Source of the DNA: Eledone cirrhosa
Lineage: Eukaryota
NCBI GenBank assembly: GCA_964016885.1
Contig: OZ024751.1
Coordinates: 14,508,001-14,572,000 of the forward strand
DNA length: 64,000 nucleotides
Direction of reading: 5' to 3'
In this document: in pieces, positions 23,980 to 38,100 of the stretch
Layout of the letters: every line of letters starts with the position of its first letter
Numbering within the stretch: the stretch's first letter is position 1
Notes under the pieces: generated by a model
Told to the model about the DNA's origin: nothing
Databases searched by the model: none
The model's input: the letters and a program-made list of their open reading frames with translations, nothing else
Translations under genes and position numbers: made by a program

Positions 23980-24550
23980 ATTATTGCACATGCATACACA
24001 CACGTTCAAACAAACACACACATACAGAGACAGACAAATAGATAGATACACATACATACATACACATATACACACAGATAGACATAAATAAATATATACA
24101 CACATACACATAGATAGACACATAGACACTTACATACATACACACACAGATAGACAGATAAATAAATATATACACACATACACACTCAGACAGACACATA
24201 GATAGACACTTACATACATACACACACAGAGACAGATAAATAAATATATACACACATACACACTCAGACAGACACATAGATAGACACTTACATACATACA
24301 AACACACACAGATAGACATAAATAAATATATACACTCAGACAGACACAGACACTTACATGCATACATACATACACACAGATAGACAGATAAATAAATATA
24401 TACACACACACACTATGACAGACACAGACACTTACATACATATACAGACAAATAAATATATACACACACTCAGGCAGACACATAGACACATACATACACA
24501 CACAAATAGACAGACATATAGACAAATACATATAAAGACAGACACACACA
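23980..24550. repeat. Compound CA/GACA-rich minisatellite
   Basis: Repeated ACACTTACATACATACACAC..GATAAATAAATATATACAC blocks. Confidence 0.85.
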
Positions 24551-24590
24551 AAATCTCATCTCAGATAAATTACAGAACAGTGGGCCAGAG

Positions 24591-24819
24591 TTAACCCTTT
24601 AGTATTTACATTACTCTATATATACTATTATATTTACATGGTAAAGGCTTTCACATAATTATCTCACATAATAACGAATCTATGAGATTTTGTTTGATAT
24701 TATTTATGTTGAGAACAATACCTTAACATCAGTATGAGCGGCTGGTTACAGCTGGTTGGAACAGAAAAAGGTGATAAAATTCTGGCCAGGAACAGCTGGT
24801 TTAAAGGCCAAAGGGTTAA
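24591..24819. mobile_element. piggyBac-type MITE
   Basis: TTAACCCTTTAG...AAAGGGTTAA, same family as 17692. Confidence 0.8.
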
Positions 24820-24897
24820 TTTAGAAAAGATGTTATATTTCTCTCACACTATATAAATATTAATGGTCAATGTTATATAGACTTTTATAGGTGTTAT

Positions 24898-25458
24898 TAC
24901 AGTTATACTATAGTACAATAGACAGTTCTATAACAGCTATACTATAGTACAACAGGCAGTTCTATAACTGCTATACTATAGTACAACAGGCAGTTCTATA
25001 ACAGCTATACTATAGTACAATAGACAGTTCTATAACAGCTATACTATAGTACAACAGGCAGTTCTATAACTGCTATACTATAGTACAACAGGCAGTTCTA
25101 TAACAGCTATACTATAGTACAACAGGCAGTTCTATAACAGCTATACTATAGTACAACAGGCAGTTCTATAACAGCTATACTATAGTACAACAGGCAGTTC
25201 TATAACAGCTATACTATAGTACAACAGGCAGTTCTATAACAGCTATACTATAGTACAACAGGCAGTTCTATAACTGCTATACTATAGTACAACAGGCAGT
25301 TCTATAACAGCTATACTATAGTACAACAGGCAGTTCTATAACTGCTATACTATAGTACAACAGGCAGTTCTATAACAGCTATACTATAGTACAACAGGCA
25401 GTTCTATAACTGCTATACTATAGTACAACAGGCAGTTCTATTATAGCTATACTATAGT
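24898..25458. repeat. 34-bp minisatellite, about 16 copies
   Basis: TATAACAGCTATACTATAGTACAACAGGCAGTTC. Confidence 0.95.
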
Positions 25459-26364
25459 GCATTTGCCAAGGTTACAGCTCCCACCTATGTAAATTTGAGG
25501 TTGCATCTCACATGTGTTTTCTTATTTGTTTTAATAATAGGGTCCCCAGTCTTGTCATGAGACATCTTGTTCAAGAATAGAAAGTACCGTGTGATACATA
25601 GAAAGGTTTAGTACGTTTAATAAACTGAAGTTTAGCTGATAGAAGTATGCCAAAAACAATACATGGCTGGCAAAGTGCGAACCTACTTATGCGTGATGTA
25701 GAGGGTTTGCAGGTCAGTCCTCTTAGTAGAGCTTGTAAATTGTTAGACATCACAGGGGTTAGTAGGAAGGTAAAGGGCCATCAGTCACTGAGGTTGTGGA
25801 AGTTTAACTTCAGAGGTGAGGTGTCATATACAGAATAGTGCTAGCTGGGCACAAACCAGAGCTTGGATCAAACCTAGGTTAGGTAACTTAGATGGGTGCA
25901 GTTGGAAGACCTAAAACACCCAATGACCCCTTCCCCCAGGTAAAATCATTGATGATATGTGTAGGTGCATCACAAGATGTATGAAGAATAACATTTAGTA
26001 TAAGGTTTAATGAAACACTAAATAAAAGACACAACATATAATTAAATGAAGATAAATGATCAATCATAATTAAAGAAAGATATTTTAATCAATTTTATAT
26101 AATACCCCTATTATTTTTTTTATATAATACCCTCTATTATTTTTTTTATATAATACCCCCTTACTTTGTTATATAATACCCCCCCCCCCCCTTACTTTTG
26201 CTAGCCAATGTGAAATAAGTTTTAGAAATCTCTGACATAGTATGACAGTTGTTTTCATCTAAAAGACAATATAATAAAATACAGTGGTTGTGATGGTGGG
26301 GGTGATGATGGCGATGGTTAAGGTTTCAAACCTTAAAACTCTGAAAAGAAAAACAAGGTATCGA

Positions 26365-26990
26365 ATTGGTTGGATTGGCAGTATCGGTAGAGGGTCGGAC
26401 GCCATGCTTTGCAGCAAAGAGTTACGGCCCTTGCCATTCTGAGTTCAAATCCCGCCGAGGTTAACTTTGCCTTTCATCCTTACGGGGGTCGATAAAATAA
26501 AGTACCAGTAATACACTGGTTAAATGCTGGCCTTGTGCCTAAAGTAGAAACAATTATTATATATTAACCAGGGCGGTGGATTGGCAGTATCGGTAGAGGG
26601 TCGGACGCCATGCTTTGACGCAAAGAGTTACGGCCCTTTATGGTCTGAGTTCAAATCTCGCCTAGGTTTAGATTGCCTTTCATCCTTACGGGGTCGATGA
26701 AATAAAGTAATGCACGGGGAGAATTGCTGGCCTTGTGCCAAAAGTAGAAATAATAATAATAATTATTATTATGAGTGGATTGGCAATAATCGGTAGAGCG
26801 TTGGACAAAATGTTTTGCGGTATTTAGTCATGAATTTCTATATTCTGAGTTCAAATCCTGTCGAGGTTAGCTTTGCCTTTCATCCTTACGGGGTCGATAA
26901 AATAAAGTACCAGTAATGTACTGGGGTCGATTTAATTGACTTTCCCCCAAATTGTTGGTCATGTGCCTAAATTAAAAACCCTTATTATTA
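26365..26990 (+). mobile_element. Three tandem SINE family B copies
   Basis: Heads GGATTGGCAGTATCGGTAGAG (or close variant) at ~26372, 26578 and 26777. Confidence 0.88.
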
Positions 26991-27649
26991 TTCTATTTAA
27001 CCCTTTGACCTTGCACAGACTTGTGTCTCGGAAGGGAACATTCTAGGTGCAAATCCAATAATGGTCATTCATGATTGAATGGGTTCTTTACCCTTTACCT
27101 CTATATTATTACTGGTATCTGATTTATCACCCCAGGAAGGTTGAAAGGGTTATTAACTAAGGTAAAATTTAACCTACAGAATGATATATATCATTACACT
27201 AGTAAATACACCAATTCCACAACTGGGTAAATATTGTCCTCTCCCCCTCCTTAGATAAATCACGCAGCAATATATCAGAATAAATTTCAGAAAGTTTGGA
27301 ACATATGAACAAGACATGGTCTCACCTCTGACCCATTTAATCTTAGACTGTGACAACATGTCCAATCCATGCGAACATGGAAAGCAGGACATAAGATGGA
27401 ATGATGTTGATGACAATGATGATGACGATGATGATGATGGTGACAATGATGATGATGATAATGATGATGATGATGATGATGATGGTGGTGATACCATAGT
27501 AGCAATATATCAAGCTGAACTTCAGAGAAGTTGAGGACATCAAAGCAATATATCAGAATATAGAATAAACATTACAAGAGCTGATGATATTGCAGTAATA
27601 TATCGAACTAGACCTTAGAGAGAGTTGCGAATATCTCACATCAATATAT

Positions 27650-27830
27650 CAACCATATCTTATCAAGTTGAGGATATCAGGATATCACATGAATACATCA
27701 CACGTATCTTATCAAATAGAGGATATCAGGATATCACATGAATACATCACATGTATCTTATCAAATAGAGGATATCAGGATATCACAGGAATACATCAGA
27801 TATATCTTATCAAGTTGAGGATATCACATA
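27650..27830. repeat. 49-bp tandem repeat, about 3.6 copies
   Basis: TATCTTATCAA recurs at 27656, 27705, 27754 and 27803. Confidence 0.85.
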
Positions 27831-29103
27831 CATCAATTTAATTCTGTTCATCAAATGTTGTTTTAAATAGTTTTCTCTTTATGGTTAAATAGAGAACAAC
27901 AACAACAACTACAACAAACCAACAAAAATACAAGTTAATGATTTAAATGCAACTTAAATTATGTATCACTTAAAAATATACAATTTTGTTATTATAGAAC
28001 AGGTGAGAGAGGGGGGGATCAGTTTCAGGCATTTTGGTATCAAAAGGATTAAAAAGAACCAGTTGCTGTTGTTTGTTGTAATGCTCACCCCCACACATCA
28101 ACCCTGTGTCATTTCCTGGCGGAGAGGGGTCATGTTAGTGCTTAGCAGACTTGTTTAAATTAGATGAGAAAGTTATTTGAACTAAAGCGAGTTTATTCTG
28201 ACACTGATAGCAACTTGGAAAGGTTCTTTGGTAAAGAGTGAAGACTTTAACATAATTATCTCACATAATTGAATCAACGAGATTTTTATATTATTTATGT
28301 TGAGAATATTACCTTAACATCAGTATGAGTGGTCTTGTTTGAGCAGAAAGAGGTGAGAGAATTCTGACCAGATACGACCGGTTTAAATGCTAAAGGATTA
28401 ACGTCCGTATGAGTGGCTGGTTATGACTGGTTTGAACAGAAAGAGGTAAGATAATTCTGACTAGATATGGCCAGTTTAAATGCTTAAAGGGTCAAGGAGT
28501 CAAAACTTGACTTTAACACTAACATTAGTGAAGACCAACGAAGTACCTTTAGTAGTTGACAAGGTTTGACAAATAAAATAAGAACTAACTAGAGTTTAGT
28601 CTGGCATTGATAGTAATTGAAACACTTGGAAGGTTTCTTTATTAAGGAGTCAAGACTTTAACATTGGTGGAGACCAACAAAGTACCTTTAGCTGGTAAGG
28701 TTTGGCAAATAAAGTAAGAACTAGTGTACCAATATTTGCTGTTGGAACTGACTCACTCACTCAACAAAGTCTTCTTCTCTAAATAAAGTGAGGAATGTCA
28801 AGTGAGATAACAGCATAACACGGATTTAGTTGGAGAAAGATAAACAAGAATGACTTGATGCCAAACATGTGCATATATATATATATATACACAGATTATA
28901 TAGATATAAACACACATATGTGTATATTATATATATATACATATTACATAGATACATACACATATATTGGTGTGCATGTGTGTATATTATATATACACAG
29001 ATTACATAGATACATACACGTGTATATTATATATATATACACAGATTACATAGACAGACGCACACGCACACACATTGGGGTGTGCATATCATACACACAC
29101 AGA

Positions 29104-29135
<32 letters not shown>

Positions 29136-29230
29136 TGGTGTGTGTGTGTATAGACAGATAGATTAGATAGATGAGTAGATATATAGACAGAAAACTGACA
29201 CGCACACACACACACACACACGTGTATGTG

Positions 29231-29307
<77 letters not shown>

Positions 29308-29369
29308 AGAGAGAGAGAGAGCTGTGGAAATTGTTATTTTTTTAAATAAACAGATTTCGTGAATCTATA

Positions 29370-31060
29370 TGTATATAGTACATAGTGTATATAGTACATA
29401 GTGTATATAGTACATAGTGTATATAGTACATAGTGTATATAGTACATAGTGTATATAGTACATAGTGTATATAGTACATAGTGTATATAGTACATAGTAT
29501 ATATAGTACATAGTGTATATAGTACATAGTGTATATAGTACATAGTGTATATAGTACATAGTATATATAGTACATAGTGTATATAGTACATAGTATATAT
29601 AGTACATAGTGTATATAGTACATAGTATATATAGTACATAGTGTATATAGTACATAGTATATATAGTACATAGTGTATATAGTACATAGTATATATAGTA
29701 CATAGTGTATATAGTACATAGTGTATATAGTACATAGTGTATATAGTACATAGTATATATAGTACATAGTGTATATAGTACATAGTATATATAGTACATA
29801 GTGTATATAGTACATAGTATATATAGTACATAGTGTATATAGTACATAGTATATATAGTACATAGTGTATAGTGTATATAGTGTATATAGTATATATAGT
29901 ACATAGTGTATATAGTACATAGTGTATATAGTGTATATAGTACATAGTGTATATAGTACATAGTGTATATAGTACATAGTGTATATAGTACATAGTGTAT
30001 ATAGTACATAGTGTATATAGTACATAGTGTATATAGTACATAGTGTATATAGTACATAGTGTATATAGTACATAGTGTATATAGTACATAGTGTATATAG
30101 TGTATATAGTATATAGTGTATATAGTGTATATAGTATATAGTGTATATAGTACATAGTGTATATAGTATATAGTGTATATAGTATATAGTGTATATAGTA
30201 CATAGTGTATATAGTACATAGTGTATATAGTACATAGTGTATATAGTACATAGTGTATATAGTACATAGTGTATATAGTATATATAGTTCATAGTGTATA
30301 TAGTACATAGTGTATATAGTATATAGTGTATATAGTATATAGTGTATATAGTATATAGTGTATATAGTACATAGTGTATATAGTACATAGTGTATATAGT
30401 ACATAGTGTATATAGTACATAGTGTATATAGTACATAGTGTATATAATATATAGTGTATATAGTACAGTGTATATAGTATATATAGTATATAGTGTATAT
30501 AGTACATAGTGTATATAGTACATAGTGTATATAGTACATAGTGTATATAGTACATAGTGTATATAGTACATAGTGTATATAGTACATAGTGTATATAGTA
30601 CATAGTGTATATAGTACAGTGTATATAGTATATAGTGTATATAGTATATAGTGTATATAGTACATAGTGTATATAGTATATATCAGGTGTGTATATATAT
30701 AGTATATATCAGTGGTGTTTATGTATATAGTATATATCAGGTGTGTATATATATAGTATATTTCAGAGGTGTGTATGTATATAGTATACACCACTAGTGT
30801 ATATGTATATAGTATATATATCAGAGGTGTGTATATAGTATATATCAGAGGTGTGTATATATATAGTATATATCAGAGGTGTGTATATATATAGTATATA
30901 TCAGAGGTGTGTATATATATATAGTATATATCAGAGGTGTGTATATATATATATAGTATATATCAGTGGTGTGTATATATATAGTATAGTTCAGTGGTGT
31001 GTATGTATATAGTATACACCACTAGTGTGTATATATATAGTATATATCAGAGGTGTGTAT
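29370..31060. repeat. 16-bp minisatellite (GTGTATATAGTACATA) grading into a ~28-bp derivative
   Basis: Direct periodicity. After ~30670 the unit becomes TATATAGTATATATCAGAGGTGTG. Confidence 0.95.
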
Positions 31061-31357
31061 AAAAAGCAAAGTAAGCAAAGTAAGCATCGCTTATCGGATA
31101 AAATTATTTATTTAATTATCTAACCTTTTATTATTCTTTTCCTATTTTCTATTTTTTTTTTGCTGTTTTATAGACTCATTACCCTAGTACCACTAACCCC
31201 CTCCTTACCACCAACCCTCTTCCTACCACCAACCCCCTCCTCACCATCATTAACCCCCTCCCTACCATTAACCCATTCCTTACCATATTTCAACAAAAGT
31301 CATTGTCTGTCATTTTCTAATTACTTTCAAAATAATCAAGTATTTGGAGTGATTTTA

Positions 31358-32680
31358 TCATCATCTGTCATTTCATGCCTATCTTCCATGTTAGCATGGG
31401 TTAGACAGGTTGTCTCATTAGAAGCATGTTAGGTCAAGTGATCATGTGTTGCTCATATAGGACTGTTTTTGGCTGGATTTCTAAGGCTGGATGCCCTTCC
31501 TAATGCTAACCACATTTACAGTGTGGGCTGGGTGCTTTTAGTCGTGACACCTACATGACCACTTTACAGTGTGGGCTGGGTGCTTTTAGTCGTGACACCT
31601 ACATGACCACTTTACAGTGTGGGCTGGGTGCTTTTAGTCGTGACACCTACACGACCACTTTACAGTGTGGGCTGGGTGCTTTTAGTCGTGACTCCTACAC
31701 GACCACTTTACAGTGTGGGCTGGGTGCTTTTAGTCGTGACTCCTACACGACCACTTTACAGTGTGGGCTGGGTGCTTTTAGTCGTGACTCCTACACGACC
31801 ACTTTACAGTGTGGGCTGGGTGCTTTTAGTCGTGACTCCTACACGACCACTTTACAGTGTGGACTGGGTGCTTTTAGTCGTGACACCTACATGACCACTT
31901 TACAGTGTGGGCTGGGTGCTTTTAGTCGTGACTCCTACACGACCACTTTACAGTGTGGACTGGGTGCTTTTAGTCGTGACACTTACATGACCACTTTACA
32001 GTGTGGGCTGGGTGCTTTTAGTCGTGACTCCTACATGACCACTTTACAGTGTAGACGGTGCTTTTAGTCGTGACTCCTACACGATCACTTTACAGTGTGG
32101 GCTGGGTGCTTTTAGTCGTGATTCCTACACGACCACTTTACAGTGTGGACTGGGTGCTTTTAGTCGTGACACCTACACGACCACTTTACAGTGTGGGCTG
32201 GGTGCTTTTAGTCGTGACTCCTACACGACCACTTTACAGTGTGGGCTGGGTGCTTTTAGTCGTGACTCCTACACGACCACTTTACAGTGTGGGCTGGGTG
32301 CTTTTAGTCGTGACTCCTACACGACCACTTTACAGTGTGGGCTGGGTGCTTTTAGTCGTGACTCCTACACGACCACTTTACAGTGTGGGCTGGGTGCTTT
32401 TAGTCGTGACTCCTACACGACCACTTTACAGTGTGGGCTGGGTGCTTTTAGTCGTGACTCCTACACGACCACTTTACAGTGTGGGCTGGGTGCTTTTAGT
32501 CGTGACTCCTACACGACCACTTTACAGTGTGGGCAGGGTGCTTCTAGTCGTGACTCCTACACGACCACTTTACAGTGTGGGCTGGGTGCTTTTAGTCGTG
32601 ACTCCTACACGACCACTTTACAGTGTGGGCTGGGTGCTTTTAGTCGTGACTCCTACACGACCACTTTACAGTGTGGGCTG
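31358..32680 (-). repeat. RTE 3' tail followed by ~24 tandem copies of a 48-bp RTE 3'UTR subunit
   Basis: Unit TTTACAGTGTGGGCTGGGTGCTTTTAGTCGTGACTCCTACACGACCAC (31515-32680) is contiguous with the RTE tail at 31358-31514. Confidence 0.92.
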
Positions 32681-32734
32681 GAAACTTTAATTTTATGAGT
32701 GTTTTGTAAACATAGTAGCCAGAATAATAAAAAG

Positions 32735-33140
32735 TAAAGTCAATCACGAGCCCAGAGGCTCATCAGGCAAGTACCTATCCCAGTTTCCCTGGTATTAAGC
32801 AACAGAGTATAAGACTTCCCCCATGGACATGACACCAGTCCATCACAGGATTAAACCCTCAGCTACTGCTGGTACTCATTTTCAGCTGACTATACTCGAG
32901 CAACATGAAATTAAGTATTGTTATATTTGGGGAGGGTCATGAAAAATATAGTAAAACACACTCACTGTTTGGTTTGGTGTTCGCTTCAGTATATCTTTAT
33001 ATTTCTATAAATAATTTAGCTGGCACATGAAATTAAGTAGTTTGTTCAAAAACACAACACACAGCCTGGTGAAGGAATCGAAGCCATGACATTATGATTG
33101 TAAGTCCAACACCCTACCCACTAGGCCACATGCTTTCCCA
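32735..33140 (-). mobile_element. SINE family C interrupted by a 107-bp insert
   Basis: Homologous to 1658-1940. The insert at 32918-33024 is flanked by a 15-bp direct repeat. Confidence 0.75.
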
Positions 33141-33292
33141 CTCAGAATAAGAAGAATATAGTGGAATAAGTCCAGAGAGCTACATCCTCTGCTGGCAACA
33201 AAAGGATTCTCTTTCCTAGCTAAAAGTAGATCATATGAGATATGATGCCTGCATATGAAGTATGATGTTACATGGTAGTGAGGCACGAGTAT

Positions 33293-33508
33293 TTAACACT
33301 TTAACATTTTCATTACTCTACATTTACTATTGTATTTTCATGGTAAAGGCTTTACCTCACATAATATCGAATCTATGAGATTTTGATATTATTTATTTTG
33401 AGAACAACACCTTAAGATTGGTTTGCATGGCAGGTTATGGCTGGTTTGAACAAAAGGAAGCGAGAGAATTCTGGCCGGATATGGCCGGTTTAAATGCTAA
33501 ACGGTTAA
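33293..33508. mobile_element. piggyBac-type MITE (diverged)
   Basis: TTAACACTTTAA...CTAAACGGTTAA, with an internal match to 17692. Confidence 0.75.
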
Positions 33509-34489
33509 TGCTGAGTGTGTGAAAGGGTAGGAAAGAAATGAGGTTTGAATGTTACACTGGATGTATAACATAAAAGTGCAAGAACGACAAAGCACAATGA
33601 GTTGAAAGAAAGAATATATTAGTCATTAGAAGAATCATGTGCAAGAGAAGACTGCACTGGTAGGGACATGCTATGAGTATGACTGTGATGATGGTGATGA
33701 TAAGGTGAAGAAATGTCAGAATCTCCAAGTAGAAGGAAGGTGACTGTAGAAGTGGTGAGAGTTATTCACTGGATGTTGAACCACACAAAGGAGAGATAAC
33801 AATGAAATGTGACAGGTAGAGGGAAGCTGTACTCTGGAGAGGACTCATCCAATCCATGCAAGAATGGAAAAATAGGCACATGATGATGATGGTGGTGATG
33901 ATTCTGATAATGGTGGTGATGGTGCTGGTGATGGTAATGATGATGATGATGATGATAATACTTATAGATTGGATTTGAACTTTCAAATACAGGCTTGGCA
34001 TTGTTCAACTAAAAAAAATGATTGGTTCTATAAAAGACACATACACAAACACTCTTAGACATATTCAGACACAAGACAAGACACACATAGAGATCTACAG
34101 GCACACACACGCACAGAGTTAGTCATAGACATACATATACAGACACACAGTCACAGAGATATACTGACACACACACACGCACGCACAGTTAGTCACAGAC
34201 ATAGACACACATACAGAAATATAGACACAATACACACACACAGTTAGTCACAGACATAGACACACATACAGATATATAGACACAATACACACACACACAC
34301 AGTGTTAGTCACAGACTTCACAGATGTAGACAAACATAAATCATTTCAGCTGTTCATCTGGAATCACCCCCCTCCCCCCTACTCCTGGTATTAAACTTTT
34401 ATCTTCTGTCTTGATACAGCACAGCCATCTTTAAACCTGTCAATAAACTTATTACAACACTAATTGCTAGAAACTGATTTACATGATGC

Positions 34490-34950
34490 TCTATCACCAC
34501 CAACAACACTATCACACCCACCACCAGTTCCATCATCGCCAGCTCCACTACCACTACCATCAATACCACCACAACACCACTACCACCACAACCATTACCA
34601 CCACCACCACTACTGTTACTGCCAGCTCCACAACTATTACTAATACCACCATTAGCTACAACACCACCACTACCATCAGTTACCACCACAACTACCATCA
34701 ATACCACCATTACCAGTGCCACCATCACCACTGTCACCACCAGCTCCAACATCACCACCACCATCAACACTATCACTACCACCACCAACACCACTATCAC
34801 CACTACCACCTCCACCACCACCACCATCACCACTGTCACTACCAGCTCTACCATGACTACAATCACAATCACCACCAACACCATCACCACTGTCACTACC
34901 AGCTCTACCATGACCACAATCACCACCACCATCACTACAATCACCAATAC
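34490..34950. repeat. (CAC/CAT/TAC)n low-complexity tract
   Basis: Degenerate triplet repeat. Confidence 0.9.
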
Positions 34951-35264
34951 TGACCAGAAATCAAACCAAAAGCCATATGGCTAATCTAGTTGCTTTGCTT
35001 GATATATTTATTAGCTGGCCATCAAGATTTCACTCAATAACAATAAAGTTGATTATGTCTAAATGACCAAATTTAAACACTATCACATTTATGACCAGGA
35101 TTTGGTCATCTCAATAGCTGAATACTTTATTGATCAGTTGATAAATGATTGTGGTCAATAAACTTCAGATCTGGACATTAGATTTCTACAGAAATTCCAT
35201 CATGTATTTTAGTTGGTGGATGGTTTAGTTTTGTTAATGCAGTGTAGTGTAAATATAAATCACT

Positions 35265-35790
35265 GTTTTGTGGCATAACAAAGGACTATTGCACTATAGA
35301 CCACTATATTGTACTATAGATCACTATATTGTGGCATAACAAAGGACTATTGCACTATAGACCAATATATTGTACTATAGACCACTATATTATGGCATAA
35401 CAAATGACTATTGTATTATAGACCACTATTCCGTGGCATAACTAAGGACTATTGTACTATAGACCACTATACCGTGGCTTAACTAAGGACTATTGTACTA
35501 TATAGACCACTATACTGTGGCATAACAAATGACTATGACTATTGTACTATAGACCACTATACTATGGCATAACAAATGACTATTGTACTATAGACCACGA
35601 TATTGTAATATAACTATGGACTATTGTAGAGAAGACCATAGCATTGTAGTATAACATAGATCACTATATTGTGGTATAACTATAGATCACTATACTATAC
35701 ACCACTATATTGTGGTATAACTATAGATCACTATACTATATACCACTATATTACGGTATAACTATAGACTACTACACTATAGATTGTGGG
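35265..35790. repeat. Diverged satellite built from CTATAGACCACTATATTGTGG subunits
   Basis: Units of ~41-62 bp. It is the reverse complement of the 45428-46160 array. Confidence 0.85.
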
Positions 35791-36209
35791 TCTATACATA
35801 CAAAGGAAGCAAAACAAAATAGATTTCTCTTTCTAATCAAGGAAACAATAAACTACAAAATAGAAAATATCTACACACAAGAAAAATATTTAAATAAAGA
35901 CAAAACAATACAAAAGAGTTAAAAGGAAAAAAAAAAAAAAAATTCAAAACCAGAATCTAATCCTGGAATATACTAAAGAAAACAAAAAAAATCAAAATCA
36001 AAACCACTCCATGTCCAACAAGACTTAACAAAGAGGAAGTAACTCTCGGGCCAACGACCCCCATAAGACCTGACAAAAGAGGAAGTAAGACTGCACGAAA
36101 AGCAACAATGAATCAAAAGCTTTTGGCTGGCTAAAAAGAGAAACAGAAGGTAATAATACAAAGTGATAATGTATTTATTTCTGTTGCGTGCCAGCAATTA
36201 AGTTAATTA

Positions 36210-36246
<37 letters not shown>

Positions 36247-36249
<3 letters not shown>

Positions 36250-36324
36250 GGCGTCCCCCAAATATGTATACATATATTTATTAAAATGCCATTGATGTGT
36301 GTATACATCTTTTGGGACATCCTG
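36247..36324. mobile_element. Tiny Tc1/mariner-type MITE (~78 bp)
   Basis: TA|CAGGGCGTCCCCCAAA...TTTTGGGACATCCTG|TA. An inverted, diverged copy lies at ~41907-41985. Confidence 0.7.
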
Positions 36325-36349
36325 TATATATATATATATATATATATAA

Positions 36350-36392
<43 letters not shown>

Positions 36393-36465
36393 AATGTGTG
36401 TGTGTGTATATGTGGCCTCAGCTGGATGGCTGGAACAGGTAAAAGCATATATATGTGTGTGTATA

Positions 36466-36739
36466 TCATCATCATTCATCATTTCATTTTACGTCCACGT
36501 TTCCCTGCTTGCAAGGGTGGGACGGGAACTGATTCTGGCTTGATTTCTACAGCTGGATGCCCTTCCTAACACCAACCTCATTTACAGTGAGTGCTGGGTG
36601 CTTTTTTGCCGTGGCACCTCTACGACCACTTTGCAGTGGAATGATAGGGATCCCAGTCCCTATCATCTCATTTCTACAGCTGAGTAAACTGGAGCAATGT
36701 GAAATAAAGTGTCTTGCTCAAGGAAACAACACATCACCC
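36466..36739 (-). mobile_element. SINE family A lacking the tRNA head
   Basis: Body and tail are near-identical to 52952-53298. Confidence 0.88.
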
Positions 36740-36808
<69 letters not shown>

Positions 36809-36867
36809 ATTTATATATATATATTTATATATATATATATTTATATATATATATTTATATATATATA

Positions 36868-36915
<48 letters not shown>

Positions 36916-36935
36916 GATGTATGTGTATATGTGTG

Positions 36936-36973
<38 letters not shown>

Positions 36974-37337
36974 TGAAGTTATAGTATTAGAGTATATTTG
37001 CAGTGTGGCATTTACACTTGTACGTATATATATATATATATATACGGATTCTGTCGATCGATTGGTTATTTATTAGGCGATACCCGCTGATAAAGTCACA
37101 TACGCCGATTATGCAGTGTTGCATAATATATGCAGACGGATGGTGCAGTGCACCCTACTGCTGCATTAGTGCGGCAGAAACTCGAGTCCGGGAGCCATTA
37201 TAGGCACCCGTTTTACGTGTGTTGTGCTGAGGCAAATAACTGTGTGTATACTCTGGGAATGTATCTTACATTGCCTATTGAGTACGCTGAGATACAACTA
37301 GTACTGGCATTGATAAATATGTTGGGTCCGTCAACTC

Positions 37338-37385
<48 letters not shown>

Positions 37386-37396
37386 TATATATATAT

Positions 37397-38005
37397 ATGG
37401 TGGCTGCCAACTCGTTTTCGAGTACGGCCACTACTTTATATCCATGTAGGAGAACCCCTACCGATGCGCTGAACGAGTGTGACTTTTTAGTCCAGCCAGC
37501 GACTTGAAAACTCTGGTACAAACACTACACTTGTGACAATTACTGACACATAGTGCTGGGCCCATGGTACCATGTGACGACAAGTGCAGAGAGATCTCCA
37601 GATATAAAGCAATGCCTGTGCCGTGAAGCTTTTATAGTGAGCAAAGGCACTGCACAAAGCCAGTCCCACTCTCTTAACCAAGATGATATTTACCAAAAAG
37701 AAGAACAAGTCAACATCATTGGATACCATCAGGGTTGCAGGTGTTATATCAGAGTTTTCCTTCTCCTAGAATTCTGCCTTGACAAAGGCTAAGGGGTCAT
37801 CTCTCCCGGTGATTTTGGATGGCCATTGACTCTTAAGAGCTCCTTTGCCCTTTGACAGGTTTTGTTTTTAGTCCTGCAGGATGTCCAAAGTCACCCTCCT
37901 CACCAAGAAACCTTGGTGGGGTTGCCAGTTTAGTCGCCAACGACCCGACCATGGGACAGGTTGTACTGGGATACATGTTACCAGTAGCACCAACTGGTGA
38001 CCTGA
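37397..38005. mobile_element. Unclassified interspersed repeat (family D)
   Basis: Blocks TCGAGTA(C/T)GGCC, GCAATGCCTGT, CCAATCCCACTCTC, TCAACATCAT and CCGACCATGGGACAGGTTGTACTGGG recur at 54230-54421, 59050-59472 and 62882-63220. Confidence 0.7.
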
Positions 38006-38034
38006 CATATATATATATATATATACATATATAT

Positions 38035-38067
<33 letters not shown>

Positions 38068-38100
38068 CATATATATATAATAATAATAATAATATGTACA

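Noticed and set aside
32745-32770. CTGATGA-GCC..GGC on the minus strand as a hammerhead
   Set aside because: No GAAA or stem III follows. It is part of the family C SINE tail.
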